From: Promethearchaeota archaeon
GTDB taxonomy: Archaea; Asgardarchaeota; Hermodarchaeia; Hermodarchaeales; Hermodarchaeaceae
Length of the DNA: 64,000 nt
NCBI GenBank assembly: GCA_048939625.1
Contig: JBHLPH010000003.1
Coordinates: 32,001-96,000 of the forward strand
Reading direction: 5' to 3'
Part shown: positions 47,935 through 58,009 of the stretch, piece by piece
Layout: each line of letters begins with the position of its first letter
How positions within the stretch are numbered: the stretch's first letter is position 1
Translations under genes and position numbers: made by a program
Notes under the pieces: generated by a model
The model's input: only the letters and a program-made list of their open reading frames with translations
What the model was told of the DNA's origin: nothing
The model's database searches: none

Positions 47935-48752
47935 AGGATTTCCATCACAATTTTTTCGGTTAAAGAGTAGGTTTTGAGGCGGGTTTCTTCCGTTCGAATA
48001 AGAGGGCTTATATGCTCGAAGACGAGGGACTGGTAGGTTTGCTTGGGCATTGTTTTGCGGGTAAGTAGTATTAATTCATGGAAGATTTGAAAAAGAACAT
48101 TTCGGAATTTTTGGTATTTTATTTGTTGGGGGTCGATGGATTCGTAGATAACCACGCCTGTTTCGTCGATTTGGATACCAACTAATTCCGGGATTTTTTC
48201 CATGTTTGTTTTAAAGATTTTTTCGATTTCTTTCTTGTATGTGCGACGTGAGATTTCTGTGAGAAATTGTTGGAGAATACTGTTGTAAAAGCGGGTAAAG
48301 ATTTCAAAGATGTCCATGACCTTTGCTGCCGTAATTGTGGTTTCACCCATCCACCAAGTGAGAACGAGATCGTCGATAAAGCCATCAAAACTTTTGAAGA
48401 GATTTGTATCAGTGGTTCCATCTTCATGAAGCTCTTCAAGCTGTTTTTGATACATCTGCACGAATTTCTTATTAAGAAGCCCAAGGTATTTCCTAAATCG
48501 GGCAGGGCTTTCGCTGACATCGGTAATGAAGACCAGTAGTAGACTGTTTGTTTCGTCGATTTGGAAGAAGAATCGGCGGTCTTTCATGTTTACGACGTTG
48601 ACATGTTGAGCGGCGACTTGCTGCGCCATGTGCTCCATGCTTGCAAGGAATCCTGAAAGGAGTGCGCTGTCGACATCGGATTGAGACCACTTCCTACTAT
48701 AGAGTGGAAAGCCTTCACGTAATCCGATGACGTAGAAACTGTGTACCGTCAA
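47931..48752 (-). CDS. Longin-domain protein with helical C-terminal region
   Basis: FYVI...G.PLYSR, D..LLSGFLASM, LLLVFITD, L..LNKKF..Y, F..F...ID longin pattern; 4-bp overlap with the GTPase gene. Confidence 0.78.
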   Translation of the reverse strand: MTVHSFYVIGLREGFPLYSRKWSQSDVDSALLSGFLASMEHMAQQVAAQHVNVVNMKDRRFFFQIDETNSLLLVFITDVSESPARFRKYLGLLNKKFVQMYQKQLEELHEDGTTDTNLFKSFDGFIDDLVLTWWMGETTITAAKVMDIFEIFTRFYNSILQQFLTEISRRTYKKEIEKIFKTNMEKIPELVGIQIDETGVVIYESIDPQQIKYQKFRNVLFQIFHELILLTRKTMPKQTYQSLVFEHISPLIRTEETRLKTYSLTEKIVMEIL

Positions 48753-48926
48753 TACAAAAGTACCCTCTTAACAGCCCAACCTGTCTGAACAGATTCAAGT
48801 TTCCTCCTCGCACCACGTTACTAAAATATTGTGTTCAACAGCGATTTGAGACAGTTTCTTCTTGGATATTTGTAGCTGGGTAAAGCTGAATAAGACAGAC
48901 GCATCAGTTTGTTCGGGTTAGGTCTG

Positions 48927-50687
48927 ATGTCTTCACAACCAATTGAAACACTTGAGTTTTCCCAAATTTCTCGTCAGCAACAGCTTGAGCGACTCAAGGA
49001 AAGAACTTGGGATATCATTGTAATTGGGGGAGGAATTAATGGTGCTGGGGTCGCATTCGAGGCTAGTCAACGAGGCTTGACCGTTGCCGTGTTAGAACAA
49101 AATGACTTCGGATTCGGGACATCCAGTCGATCTACAAAGCTTGTACATGGTGGTTTTCGTTACATCGCCCAGCTGGAGTTTGGGCTGGTACGAGAAGCAG
49201 CGACTGAAAGGAATTGGCTTCGAGAAAAGGGATTACCTCACCTCACACGCCCAACACGATTTCTTTACCCCATCCTCTCGGCGGATGAGAACGATGAACG
49301 CGAACTTCCGAAAAGCTGGAGTTACCGAGCTGTTCGGCTTGGTGCGTTTTTGTATGATTTAATAACTTGGTTTAAAAGTTTCAAAGGCGCCAAGGGGATT
49401 AAGAATGTGGAAAAAATCCAAGCTCTTGAACCACTACTCGAGGCGTCTCGTCTTAAAGGAGCCGTTACGTGGTATGATTCGAATATTGATGATGGACGAT
49501 TAGTCATTGAAACTTTCAAACAAGCAGTTTGGACGAATAACGCGTTACCCCTGAATTATGTTCAAGTTGTTGGATTCACTCACGATTCCAGCGGTCTAGT
49601 AAATGGTGTAGAAGCCATTGATGTTCATAGACCAAAGTCGATGAAATTTCAAGTACGAGGAAAAGTTGTCATCAATACAACAGGTGTATGGGCTGACCAG
49701 ATTCTATCCCTAAATTCTGACGAAGCTGAGAAAATAATACGACCAACGAAAGGTGTCCACTTAGCGTATCATAGAAAGGATTTCCCTATCAACGATAGCG
49801 TCGCAACAAATTCCATTGATGATCGCCGATTCTTCTTTGCCATTCGACGGAATGAGTGGGTACTTGTTGGCACAACAGACACCGATTTTGCAGGGGACCC
49901 AGCAGAGGTGTACTGCACTCGTGAGGATGCTGATTACCTCCGACGAACTATCAGAATTCTGTTTCCAAAGGCAAAAATTGATGATCATAATATCCATGGA
50001 AGTTACGCAGGACTGCGACCATTAGTCACAGAGACTGGAAAAGCGGAAAGTGACGTTTCCCGGAAACACACTGTGTTAGAACGAAAAGATGGCTTGTACA
50101 GTCTCCTTGGAGGGAAACTCACCACCTTCCGTAAAATGGCAGAGGACCTCTTGTTAAACCATGTGCGAAAAGCGCATATAAAGCATAACTTACCGAAATT
50201 CCTAGGAAAGAAAAACCTCACAAAAATTGCTTATGCCATATCACTCTCAGAAAGCGATTGGAACTCATTGCCGGAAGTACAGAAATCAACACTTTCACCT
50301 TTCATTCTTAGACATCTCTATCAACAATATGGTCGGGGTGGTAAAACAATCCTCCAATTAATCGAGAGCCAACCCGAATTAGCAGCCCGGATATTAGATG
50401 TGTCGGAATATCCCGTCGAAGTGGCACCTTGGATTGAAGCCGAAATCGATTACATACTACGCCATGAAGCTCCACTCCGCATCGAGGACGTGCTTTGCAG
50501 GCGCATGGAAATTAGCTGGTTGGTTCGTCCAGAATTTCAAGCACAAATCGCTGAGAAGGTCGCGAATAGTATGGAAAGAATTCTTGGGTGGTCTCCCCAA
50601 ACCAAAAGAGAGGAAATTGCCAACTATTTGGAGATCATCCGGAAGAACTGCTTCTTTTATGAAGGGAAGATACCAGTTCCACGATAG
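48927..50687 (+). CDS. glpD: FAD-dependent glycerol-3-phosphate dehydrogenase/oxidase
   Basis: IGGGING.G, GTSSRSTKLVHGG.RY, RPTKGVH, GTTD, AGLRPL, SRKH, GGKLTTFR.MAE. Confidence 0.92.
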   Translation: MSSQPIETLEFSQISRQQQLERLKERTWDIIVIGGGINGAGVAFEASQRGLTVAVLEQNDFGFGTSSRSTKLVHGGFRYIAQLEFGLVREAATERNWLREKGLPHLTRPTRFLYPILSADENDERELPKSWSYRAVRLGAFLYDLITWFKSFKGAKGIKNVEKIQALEPLLEASRLKGAVTWYDSNIDDGRLVIETFKQAVWTNNALPLNYVQVVGFTHDSSGLVNGVEAIDVHRPKSMKFQVRGKVVINTTGVWADQILSLNSDEAEKIIRPTKGVHLAYHRKDFPINDSVATNSIDDRRFFFAIRRNEWVLVGTTDTDFAGDPAEVYCTREDADYLRRTIRILFPKAKIDDHNIHGSYAGLRPLVTETGKAESDVSRKHTVLERKDGLYSLLGGKLTTFRKMAEDLLLNHVRKAHIKHNLPKFLGKKNLTKIAYAISLSESDWNSLPEVQKSTLSPFILRHLYQQYGRGGKTILQLIESQPELAARILDVSEYPVEVAPWIEAEIDYILRHEAPLRIEDVLCRRMEISWLVRPEFQAQIAEKVANSMERILGWSPQTKREEIANYLEIIRKNCFFYEGKIPVPR

Positions 50688-50768
50688 CATAATATCCAGG
50701 AACACAATTTTCGAAACCCCACAACTTTTTGAGGATAAGACGAGGACCTAGACAAGGGCATCATAAAT

Positions 50769-51356
50769 ATGACATCGCGGTCTTGGTTCCACACAGATAA
50801 GCTGTGGATTCTCGTCACGAGTATTCTGTTTGTCTTAGCTTCAGGTGCCCATATCTGGATACAGATTACAGGAGGATATAGCGCGGGTTCATACCTGGAC
50901 ATGATTCCCCACTTCCTATTCGGAGCAGCAATTTGCGCATTCCTCCTGAACTTCAGCCTAATCCGATCCTGGAAGAAGACACTCCCAATCGTTCCGCCAC
51001 TCCTCTTGGTAATCCTCCCAGCAATACTTTACACTCTCGCCGTAGCTTTCACCTGGGAAATGTTCGAAGAATTTCTCTCCATCTTCTTTCCATGGCTCGG
51101 GATTTATTCCAATTTCTGGTGGAATGGAGTCCGCGACATTGTCATGGGACTTCTAGGAGCCACATTAGCCGCAGGATTATACTTATGGCATTTCCCCGTC
51201 CTCATGGAACAGCAGACTGCATTTGAAAAAACGACGTCAAGGAGGCGTGGTCAGGGATACATTCCAGGTAAAAGTGCAATGCAATACTGTGAAAACTGTG
51301 GATCTGTAATAGAACCAGGTTCAAAACATTGTTCTCATTGTGGTCATAGGCTCTAA
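50769..51356 (+). CDS. Membrane protein (VanZ/DUF2238-like) with C-terminal zinc ribbon
   Basis: D..PHF..G, WE..E, D...G..G; CENCG...CSHCG. Confidence 0.65.
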   Translation: MTSRSWFHTDKLWILVTSILFVLASGAHIWIQITGGYSAGSYLDMIPHFLFGAAICAFLLNFSLIRSWKKTLPIVPPLLLVILPAILYTLAVAFTWEMFEEFLSIFFPWLGIYSNFWWNGVRDIVMGLLGATLAAGLYLWHFPVLMEQQTAFEKTTSRRRGQGYIPGKSAMQYCENCGSVIEPGSKHCSHCGHRL

Positions 51357-51431
51357 CTTAAGATAATTACCAGAATTTTCGCTGGAACATAAAGATATTC
51401 AAGGGACACTCATGTATTATGACAAATCCTG

Positions 51432-52529
51432 GTGAAATCCATGAGTAGTGATCCTGTATATGAACGATTGCGAGAGCATCTCGACAATCTTCCGGTTGGT
51501 TTTCCAAAAACAGAATCAGGAGTAGAAATTCGAATACTAAAACAGCTTTTCACTGAAGAAGAGGCTGAGATGGCCATCCACTTAACCTATATTCCTGAAA
51601 CAGTTGACCAAATTGCTCAACGAGCGGGTCGAACCCCTGATGAGATTAAACCATTACTAGAACAGCTAGCTGACAAGGGATTGATTTTCCGCTCTCATAA
51701 AAGAGGAACTACTCAGTATCGGGCTGAATGGTTTGCTGTTGGTATTTATGAGCATCAAGTCAATAACATGACCAAAGAATTCGCTGAGGATTTCGAGCTG
51801 TATATGGAAGAGGCTTTACAGGATGAGCTTGTTGCCTCAGCTGACCCACCTCAACTCCGAGTAATTCCAGTAGCAGCAAGCCTATCTCCTTCAATGGGAA
51901 TCCTACCACATGAAGATGCCCGAGAAATCGTGAAGAAGCAAAGTAAAATCGCGGTTGCCCCCTGCATCTGTAAACGCGAGAAGGAGGCATTGGGTGAATC
52001 GTGCGATAAACCTGAAGAAGTTTGTATGGTCTTCTCATCTGGTGCATACTATTATATTGAAAATGGATATGGCCGCGAAATCACAGTAGATGAAGCGCTA
52101 AAGATTCTTGACCAAGCACACGAAGCTGGTCTGGTGTGCAGTCCAAGCAATGATCAAAAGGGCTTTGTTATTTGTAACTGCTGTGGTTGCCACTGTGGCA
52201 TCTTGACGAATCTAAAGAAGCTACCAAATCCTGCAAAACTGGTTGCTAGTAATTATTACGCAGAAGTTGATGTTGATAGTTGTACTGGCTGTGAAACGTG
52301 TTTAGATCGCTGTCAGATGGATGCCATTTCATTGGAAACCGGCACAGCAAAAATCGATTTAGATTACTGCATTGGCTGTGGATTGTGCGTTACCACTTGT
52401 CCCTCCGAGGCTCTTTCACTGAAGCGGAAAGACGAACCAGAGGTTAGCATTCCACCAGCAAATGCCTTTGAACTGTACCGTGAAATTGGTGAAAAACGCC
52501 TTCAGCGAAGAGTTAGCAGTTCAAATTAG
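51432..52529 (+). CDS. 4Fe-4S ferredoxin-domain protein with N-terminal HTH-like region
   Basis: GFPKTESGVE, CICK, ICNCCGCHC, CTGCETCLDRC, CIGCGLCVTTC. Confidence 0.88.
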   Translation: MKSMSSDPVYERLREHLDNLPVGFPKTESGVEIRILKQLFTEEEAEMAIHLTYIPETVDQIAQRAGRTPDEIKPLLEQLADKGLIFRSHKRGTTQYRAEWFAVGIYEHQVNNMTKEFAEDFELYMEEALQDELVASADPPQLRVIPVAASLSPSMGILPHEDAREIVKKQSKIAVAPCICKREKEALGESCDKPEEVCMVFSSGAYYYIENGYGREITVDEALKILDQAHEAGLVCSPSNDQKGFVICNCCGCHCGILTNLKKLPNPAKLVASNYYAEVDVDSCTGCETCLDRCQMDAISLETGTAKIDLDYCIGCGLCVTTCPSEALSLKRKDEPEVSIPPANAFELYREIGEKRLQRRVSSSN

Positions 52530-52615
52530 TGTGAATCCTGTATCGAAAAATTACTAAAACGAGGAAAGAAGCAATAAGAGTGCTTCCAACTCTGCTTAAA
52601 TCTAGGAAGCGGTTT

Positions 52616-53386
52616 TCATTCTAAGATGACATACTCCCGCTGAGAAACCTTGTTAAACCCAAGCTTTTGGGCGATTCGAACTGAGGGCAAATTATCATCA
52701 CCTGCACTCCAAACAGGCGTAATTTTACGTTCTTGTAAAGCCTCTGCCACAATCGAAGCCGCAGCACTAGCTAATCCTTGATTTCGCCAATCTTCTCGTG
52801 TGATCACTCCAATATCAGCATATTTCGTGGTATGTCCACCAGTATGGGCAATCGAAATTATCTCACCGGAGGCAATCCCACAGGCAACTAGCCCATCTTC
52901 AAGCAACCCACGTGGTGAACCATATCCGTGCCCACGAAATTCCTTAGGCGCAACCTCTAACAACTCCAAATCCTCAATGGTTAAACTTCTGACAAGCTCA
53001 TGCTCAAATCGTTTAACAGGAACCGAGAGAGTGTAATAGAAGTCATTACAATAGCGGACTGGTCGTTTCAGTTGTTTCTGCACGAACGAGCCAACAGTCG
53101 AGGCTATCTCCGCTGGGACATTCACACAGTCCCATCCTTTAATAGTTTGAAGTAACACCCAAACTGCATCAAGATTAGTTCCAAAAATACTAGGCTCGTG
53201 CGGCATGTTGATAAACTGTATCAGAGCAGCCTTCACCTCGGGAATCTCGCCAACAACAGTTGCCTTACAATATAGTCGTTTCAATGCATGGACAGCAAGA
53301 ACGGTTTCAGGGGAATCACCTAGAAACTCTGCTAACATGGACATTTGTTCTGCATCCAACACAAAATATGATTCTAGATTATTCAA
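52616..53386 (-). CDS. GNAT family acetyltransferase
   Basis: IGV.T...WRNQGLA, P.WS....N..S.RIAQKLGF. Confidence 0.85.
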   Translation of the reverse strand: MNNLESYFVLDAEQMSMLAEFLGDSPETVLAVHALKRLYCKATVVGEIPEVKAALIQFINMPHEPSIFGTNLDAVWVLLQTIKGWDCVNVPAEIASTVGSFVQKQLKRPVRYCNDFYYTLSVPVKRFEHELVRSLTIEDLELLEVAPKEFRGHGYGSPRGLLEDGLVACGIASGEIISIAHTGGHTTKYADIGVITREDWRNQGLASAAASIVAEALQERKITPVWSAGDDNLPSVRIAQKLGFNKVSQREYVILE

Positions 53387-53451
53387 TGCAGATTCCCTGG
53401 TGAATGAAAGGTATGTAAAAGATGAAAAATTTTAGCAAAAAAGTATGGAGA

Positions 53452-53476
53452 AACCCTCCCAGCAGAAGGGAGAGTT
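53452..53476 (-). terminator. Possible hairpin/T-tract terminator downstream of fadD
   Basis: Stem CTCCC...GGGAG with flanking AAC/GTT pairs, followed on the minus strand by a T-run. Confidence 0.35.
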
Positions 53477-53487
53477 CCTTTCTGTTA

Positions 53488-55227
53488 CTATTTTGTTAAT
53501 TCTTCATCCCGAAGGACACGCCGAAGAACTTTACCCACGGCCGACTGTGGTAGCGAGGTTCGAAATTCGATAACCCGTGGACGTTTATAGCCTGCCATAC
53601 GGTCCTTAGCCCAGGTGATGATTTCTTCTTCTGTCGCCGATTCACCTGGAGTAAGTACCACAAAGGCTTTCACAGTCTCATTCGCAGGATCATCTTCACG
53701 TGGAACACCAATCACTGCAGCCATCTGGATCTTCGGATGCTCAACCAGCATCTCCTCGATTTCGGCGGGATAGGCTTTGAAGCCTGAAACGTTGATCATG
53801 TCTTTCTTGCGGTCGGTGATGTGGAGGTAGCCTTCTTCGTCGAAGTGTCCGATATCGCCGGTGAGGAAGAAGCGTTCGCCTTTGATGTCACGCATGACAG
53901 CTTCGGTGGCTTTGGGTTTCTGCCAGTAGCCTTTCATGACTTGTGGTCCTGAAATGGCTACTTCGCCGTCTTCGCCAGTTTTCTTCTCCTTGGTTCCGGT
54001 TTCGAGGTCGAGGATTTTGATGACGGTGTCTGAGATTGGGAAGCCGACGGATCCGAATTTACGTGTGCTGAGTTTGGAGGGATCAGCGCTTGCGAGGGGA
54101 GAGGTTTCGGTAAGTCCGTATCCTTCAAAGAGAACGGCTCCGGAGGCGGCTTCAAAGGCTTTGGCTGTAGCGGGTGGCAGTGGAGCTGCTCCTGATCCAC
54201 AGGCTTTGAGGCTAGTCAGGTTGTATTTTCCGATGTCTGGATGGTAGGCCATACCTGCGTAGATGCTTGGTACGGCATGGAGAAGAGTGCCTTTATTGTC
54301 TTGGGTTTGTTTGAGGAGATCTGAGAGCGGGGGTTTTCCGGCGCGGGGATCGGGTATGCAGACACAAGCGCTTCGGTGGTAGACTGCTGCTATCATGGTG
54401 AGGGTGAGACCATAGCTGTGATACCAGGGTAAAGCGCCGATATAGACTTCTTTGCCGGTTTCGAGGGGTTGGGCTTTCCCGCCACCTTTAGGTTCGAGTT
54501 TGACCCATTCATCGTATTGCATGACGTTTGCGTAGAGGTTGTAGTGAGTTAACATGGCGCCTTTGGGAACGCCAGTGGTTCCTCCAGTGTAGAGGATGAG
54601 GGCAAGATCGTCTTTGGGTTTCAGTTTGATACTCGGTAGTGTGGGTTCGTATTGGTCCATGATGTCGGAGTAGAAGGTTGTTTTGTCTTCTTCGTAGTAT
54701 TTGCTTTTTGGAATTTTGCCTAAAAGCCCGCCAAGAACTGCTTTTCCTTTGGAGAGGAAAGGTTTGATGCTGCAAACGATTACATGACTACAGTCAGTAT
54801 CAACTAGTGCATCATAGCTATTAGGGACAAAAATCGGATGGTCGAATACGAAAACTGCTTTCGCTCCAGAATCTTTGAGTTGGTGGTGCAATTCGGCTGT
54901 CTTGTATTGTGGGTTACATGTAACGACCGTAGCGCCTGCTTTGAGAATGCCAAAGAATGCGGAGGGATAGTGGGGAACATTTGGCATGTAGATGGCTACA
55001 CGGTCACCTTTCTTAATTCCGAGTTTGACCAAAAAATTGGTAATTCGATTGGCGCTTTCATTCACTTCTGCGAAGCTTTGGGAGTTCCCTGAATAGACTG
55101 TATATGGTTTGTCACCGGCTTCTTGAGCTGCTTTGTCGAGGATTGCGAAGAGTGGCTCTTCGGGGTATTTGATGGTTTTTTTGACCTCTTCGGGCCATTT
55201 ATGTTTGTGCCATAGCATTTCTTTCAT
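53488..55227 (-). CDS. fadD: Long-chain fatty acid--CoA ligase
   Basis: YTGGTTGVPKG, EGYGLTE, GPQVMKGYW, TGD, DRKKDMI, GKVLRR. Confidence 0.93.
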   Translation of the reverse strand: MKEMLWHKHKWPEEVKKTIKYPEEPLFAILDKAAQEAGDKPYTVYSGNSQSFAEVNESANRITNFLVKLGIKKGDRVAIYMPNVPHYPSAFFGILKAGATVVTCNPQYKTAELHHQLKDSGAKAVFVFDHPIFVPNSYDALVDTDCSHVIVCSIKPFLSKGKAVLGGLLGKIPKSKYYEEDKTTFYSDIMDQYEPTLPSIKLKPKDDLALILYTGGTTGVPKGAMLTHYNLYANVMQYDEWVKLEPKGGGKAQPLETGKEVYIGALPWYHSYGLTLTMIAAVYHRSACVCIPDPRAGKPPLSDLLKQTQDNKGTLLHAVPSIYAGMAYHPDIGKYNLTSLKACGSGAAPLPPATAKAFEAASGAVLFEGYGLTETSPLASADPSKLSTRKFGSVGFPISDTVIKILDLETGTKEKKTGEDGEVAISGPQVMKGYWQKPKATEAVMRDIKGERFFLTGDIGHFDEEGYLHITDRKKDMINVSGFKAYPAEIEEMLVEHPKIQMAAVIGVPREDDPANETVKAFVVLTPGESATEEEIITWAKDRMAGYKRPRVIEFRTSLPQSAVGKVLRRVLRDEELTK

Positions 55228-55487
55228 GTGTCATCCTACACTCCATTGGAGTAATTGTAGTTAGTGTGAATTTAGTATCGGGTATTGGTACTGTTCTAGT
55301 TGAATTACCTTTTGGCAGAGTGAGAAAATGGCGACAAAAATCAGCAATTGTAGGTTTCTCAACACGAGTATATGCGCTATATTCGTTGTTTTGGTTGAAA
55401 TCAAATAGACATAGATGTGAAGAGGACTAGCGTGTTTTGTGGATTCTAGGAAGAAAAGGTGAGAAAAGCTGGATCTGAGCTAGTTAC

Positions 55488-56528
55488 TCAGACCTCAACT
55501 TTGAGACCGAGTTCCCGGACAAGTTCTTTGTAGCGGTTGCGTACAGTGACTTCGGTGACTCGGCTGATTTCGGCAATTTCACGTTGGGTACGGCGTTCGC
55601 CTTCCTGGATGGAGGCAATGTAGAGGCTAGCTGCGGCGAGACCGGTGGGGTCTTTGCCAGCTGTGATACCTTTGGATCGGGCTTGGTCCACAATCTCTGC
55701 GGCTGTGTGTTGAACATCACCACTAAGCTCTAAGGCTTGAGCAAAACGTGGGATGAAATCGGTAGGTGAGGCGATTGGGATTCGAACTTCGAGTTCCCTG
55801 AGAAGGAGTCGATAACAGCGTCCGAGTTCTTTGCGGCTGATTCGACTGTGATGAGCAATCTCATCGAGGGTTCGTGGAACCTGGCGGAGGCGACAGGCTG
55901 CATAGACACAGGAAGCTATCATAGCTTCAATACTGCGACCCCTGATAAGGTGGTGTTCGATGGCACGGCGATAGAGGATAGCTGCTGCTTCCTTTACGGG
56001 TCTGGGAACGCCAAGTTGACTGGTTAACCTGTCCAATTCACTCATAGCGTAGGCGAGGTTTCGGTCTATGCTGGAGTGTACCCGTGTTCGGATTTGCCAT
56101 TTTCGGAGTCGATAAATTTGCGCTCGTCGGCTGGGAGCTAATTTCTTTCCATAGGCGTCGCGATTCCGCCAGTCAATCATGGTGCTTAGGCCTTTATCGT
56201 GCACCGTATAGGTCATTGGGCTTCCAACTCGACTACGTTTGTCGCGTTCTTCCGAGGTAAAAGCCCGCCATTCGGGTCCTTGATCAACCATATGGGCATC
56301 AAGTACAAGTCCGCAGTTTCGACAGATAATTTCACCGCGTGTGGTATCACGGATGACCTCTTGGCCACTACAATCTGGACATCGAGTTACTTGTTGAGGA
56401 GAGTCTGGCGGACTGACCCGTAGTTTTTCTTCTACAAAAGGAGCTTCTTCAACCATTACTCTTTCGACCTTCTTTCTCCGATGAAGAGGGGACCGGGGAT
56501 ATTGAGAGAGTCTGCTCTCTAAGAGCAT
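55488..56528 (-). CDS. tfb: Transcription initiation factor IIB
   Basis: CPDC...CRNCG Zn ribbon, DQGPEWRAF, HDKGLST, GRS, GKDP.G.AAA, VTEVTVRNRYKEL; true start may be 56456. Confidence 0.97.
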   Translation of the reverse strand: MLLESRLSQYPRSPLHRRKKVERVMVEEAPFVEEKLRVSPPDSPQQVTRCPDCSGQEVIRDTTRGEIICRNCGLVLDAHMVDQGPEWRAFTSEERDKRSRVGSPMTYTVHDKGLSTMIDWRNRDAYGKKLAPSRRAQIYRLRKWQIRTRVHSSIDRNLAYAMSELDRLTSQLGVPRPVKEAAAILYRRAIEHHLIRGRSIEAMIASCVYAACRLRQVPRTLDEIAHHSRISRKELGRCYRLLLRELEVRIPIASPTDFIPRFAQALELSGDVQHTAAEIVDQARSKGITAGKDPTGLAAASLYIASIQEGERRTQREIAEISRVTEVTVRNRYKELVRELGLKVEV

Positions 56529-56638
56529 CGTCCCAGTCTGTTGGTAGGTATTTCAAGCCATTTTTTCCATCGTCCGCTGGTTACGACGGAAAAGGATGCT
56601 ATCATCTAGTGTATTTGTGGTATTTTTCCCCGCTTGGT

Positions 56639-56666
56639 CTGGCGAAACCTTTATAAGGTTCGCCAG
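56639..56666. promoter_or_regulatory. Inverted repeat centred on a TATA-like box upstream of tfb
   Basis: CTGGCGA A ACCTT TAT AAGGT TCGCCAG. Confidence 0.45.
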
Positions 56667-56835
56667 TAGGGAACGGGCTTCCAGCCTTTTAAAGCTTTCT
56701 TCAATCATATGTGTAAACATAATAACGTTAATGATAGCTTTACACATATCTTCGTATTACCCGACTCAAATCCGTTTTTTCACAAGTTTTTTCGATTTCA
56801 TCGATTCGTTGGAAAAAAATCAAATTTTTTTAAAT

Positions 56836-57852
56836 TTATTCGGTGGTGAGTTCAATGCCGTCCTTGGTGATTAAGAAGGTATGTTCGGTTTGGGCAACCT
56901 TACTACCCTTAGTGTCGGCGAGCACACTGTACTGTCGAAGAACTTTCTTTGTGGTAAGTTCGCGTAATCCCATCGCTAGACTAAGTTTGGATATATGCTT
57001 GGTCAAATAGCGGCGACTAAATGGTAGACCTTTGAATTCACGAGCTACGAGGCGGAGAATGTCACGGGCACCTTGAGTTCGGACTGGGGTTCGTGTGGGA
57101 TTTAGGCTGAAGATATAATATTGACCTGTTTCATGAACGCTCCCAGTACCCGTGGTAGCAAATGTTTCAAGGGCGTAGGCTTCGCCTTCTTCAAGGATGG
57201 AGCCATGAGGAACAGCAATGTTTGGGAGACTCTTGGGTCCATGGAGAACGTACTCGTCTAATTGATGGCCACTGAGATCTCGAATCGGGCGATAGCCATA
57301 CCCGCGAATTGTGTTTTCTATGATTTTTCCAAGATCTTTGCTGTTGGTTTTGGGTCGGATAAGAAGAAGGGCTTTACTAAGAGCCTCACGACTTGCTTCA
57401 ACAAGGGAATCCAATTCGGTGTCAAAACTGACCGTAGTTGCTGTGTCAGCAATATATCCATCGATATGAACGCCGATATCGATTTTGACGATGTCGCCTT
57501 CCTGAATTACTGTTGTATCTTCTTCAGGGCTAGAATAGTGGGCTGCAACCTCATTTATGGAGACATTGGTCGGAAAACCAATTCCACCACCTAATTCAAT
57601 AATTCGTGCTTCTACAGTTTCACAAAGCTCAAGAGCGCTAGCTCCAATCTTTATTTGAGGGAGGATTTCTCCACGGACTTGGCTTGCAATTTTTCCTGCC
57701 CGCCGGTATTTGTCCTCAGGACTTTCTTCGGACTCCTGTTTCTCTTCTTTCTCCAGTGTTTTTTCTTCCGAAGTAGGAGGAACAGGTGGGGTTTCCGTGG
57801 CTTTTTCTGGTTTCTCGTCTGGTTTTTCCTTAGCTTTTGTTCGCTTTGCCAT
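56836..57852 (-). CDS. map: Type II methionine aminopeptidase
   Basis: FPTNVSINEVAAHYS, KIDIGVHIDGYIADTA, GH, ETFAT, Q.EHT. Confidence 0.95.
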   Translation of the reverse strand: MAKRTKAKEKPDEKPEKATETPPVPPTSEEKTLEKEEKQESEESPEDKYRRAGKIASQVRGEILPQIKIGASALELCETVEARIIELGGGIGFPTNVSINEVAAHYSSPEEDTTVIQEGDIVKIDIGVHIDGYIADTATTVSFDTELDSLVEASREALSKALLLIRPKTNSKDLGKIIENTIRGYGYRPIRDLSGHQLDEYVLHGPKSLPNIAVPHGSILEEGEAYALETFATTGTGSVHETGQYYIFSLNPTRTPVRTQGARDILRLVAREFKGLPFSRRYLTKHISKLSLAMGLRELTTKKVLRQYSVLADTKGSKVAQTEHTFLITKDGIELTTE

Positions 57853-58009
57853 GATGATTGCAGCCTCTTTGTGTGGTTTGCCAGTTGAAGGGGGATTCTT
57901 TAAGGTTTACGTTCCTCAATAGGAGAGGTATAGCTTCCCTTTCTAAATTTGCGCATTGACCAGAACAATTTTAGCTGTTTTGAGATATTTACGAAAAGGG
58001 GTTCTGTTA

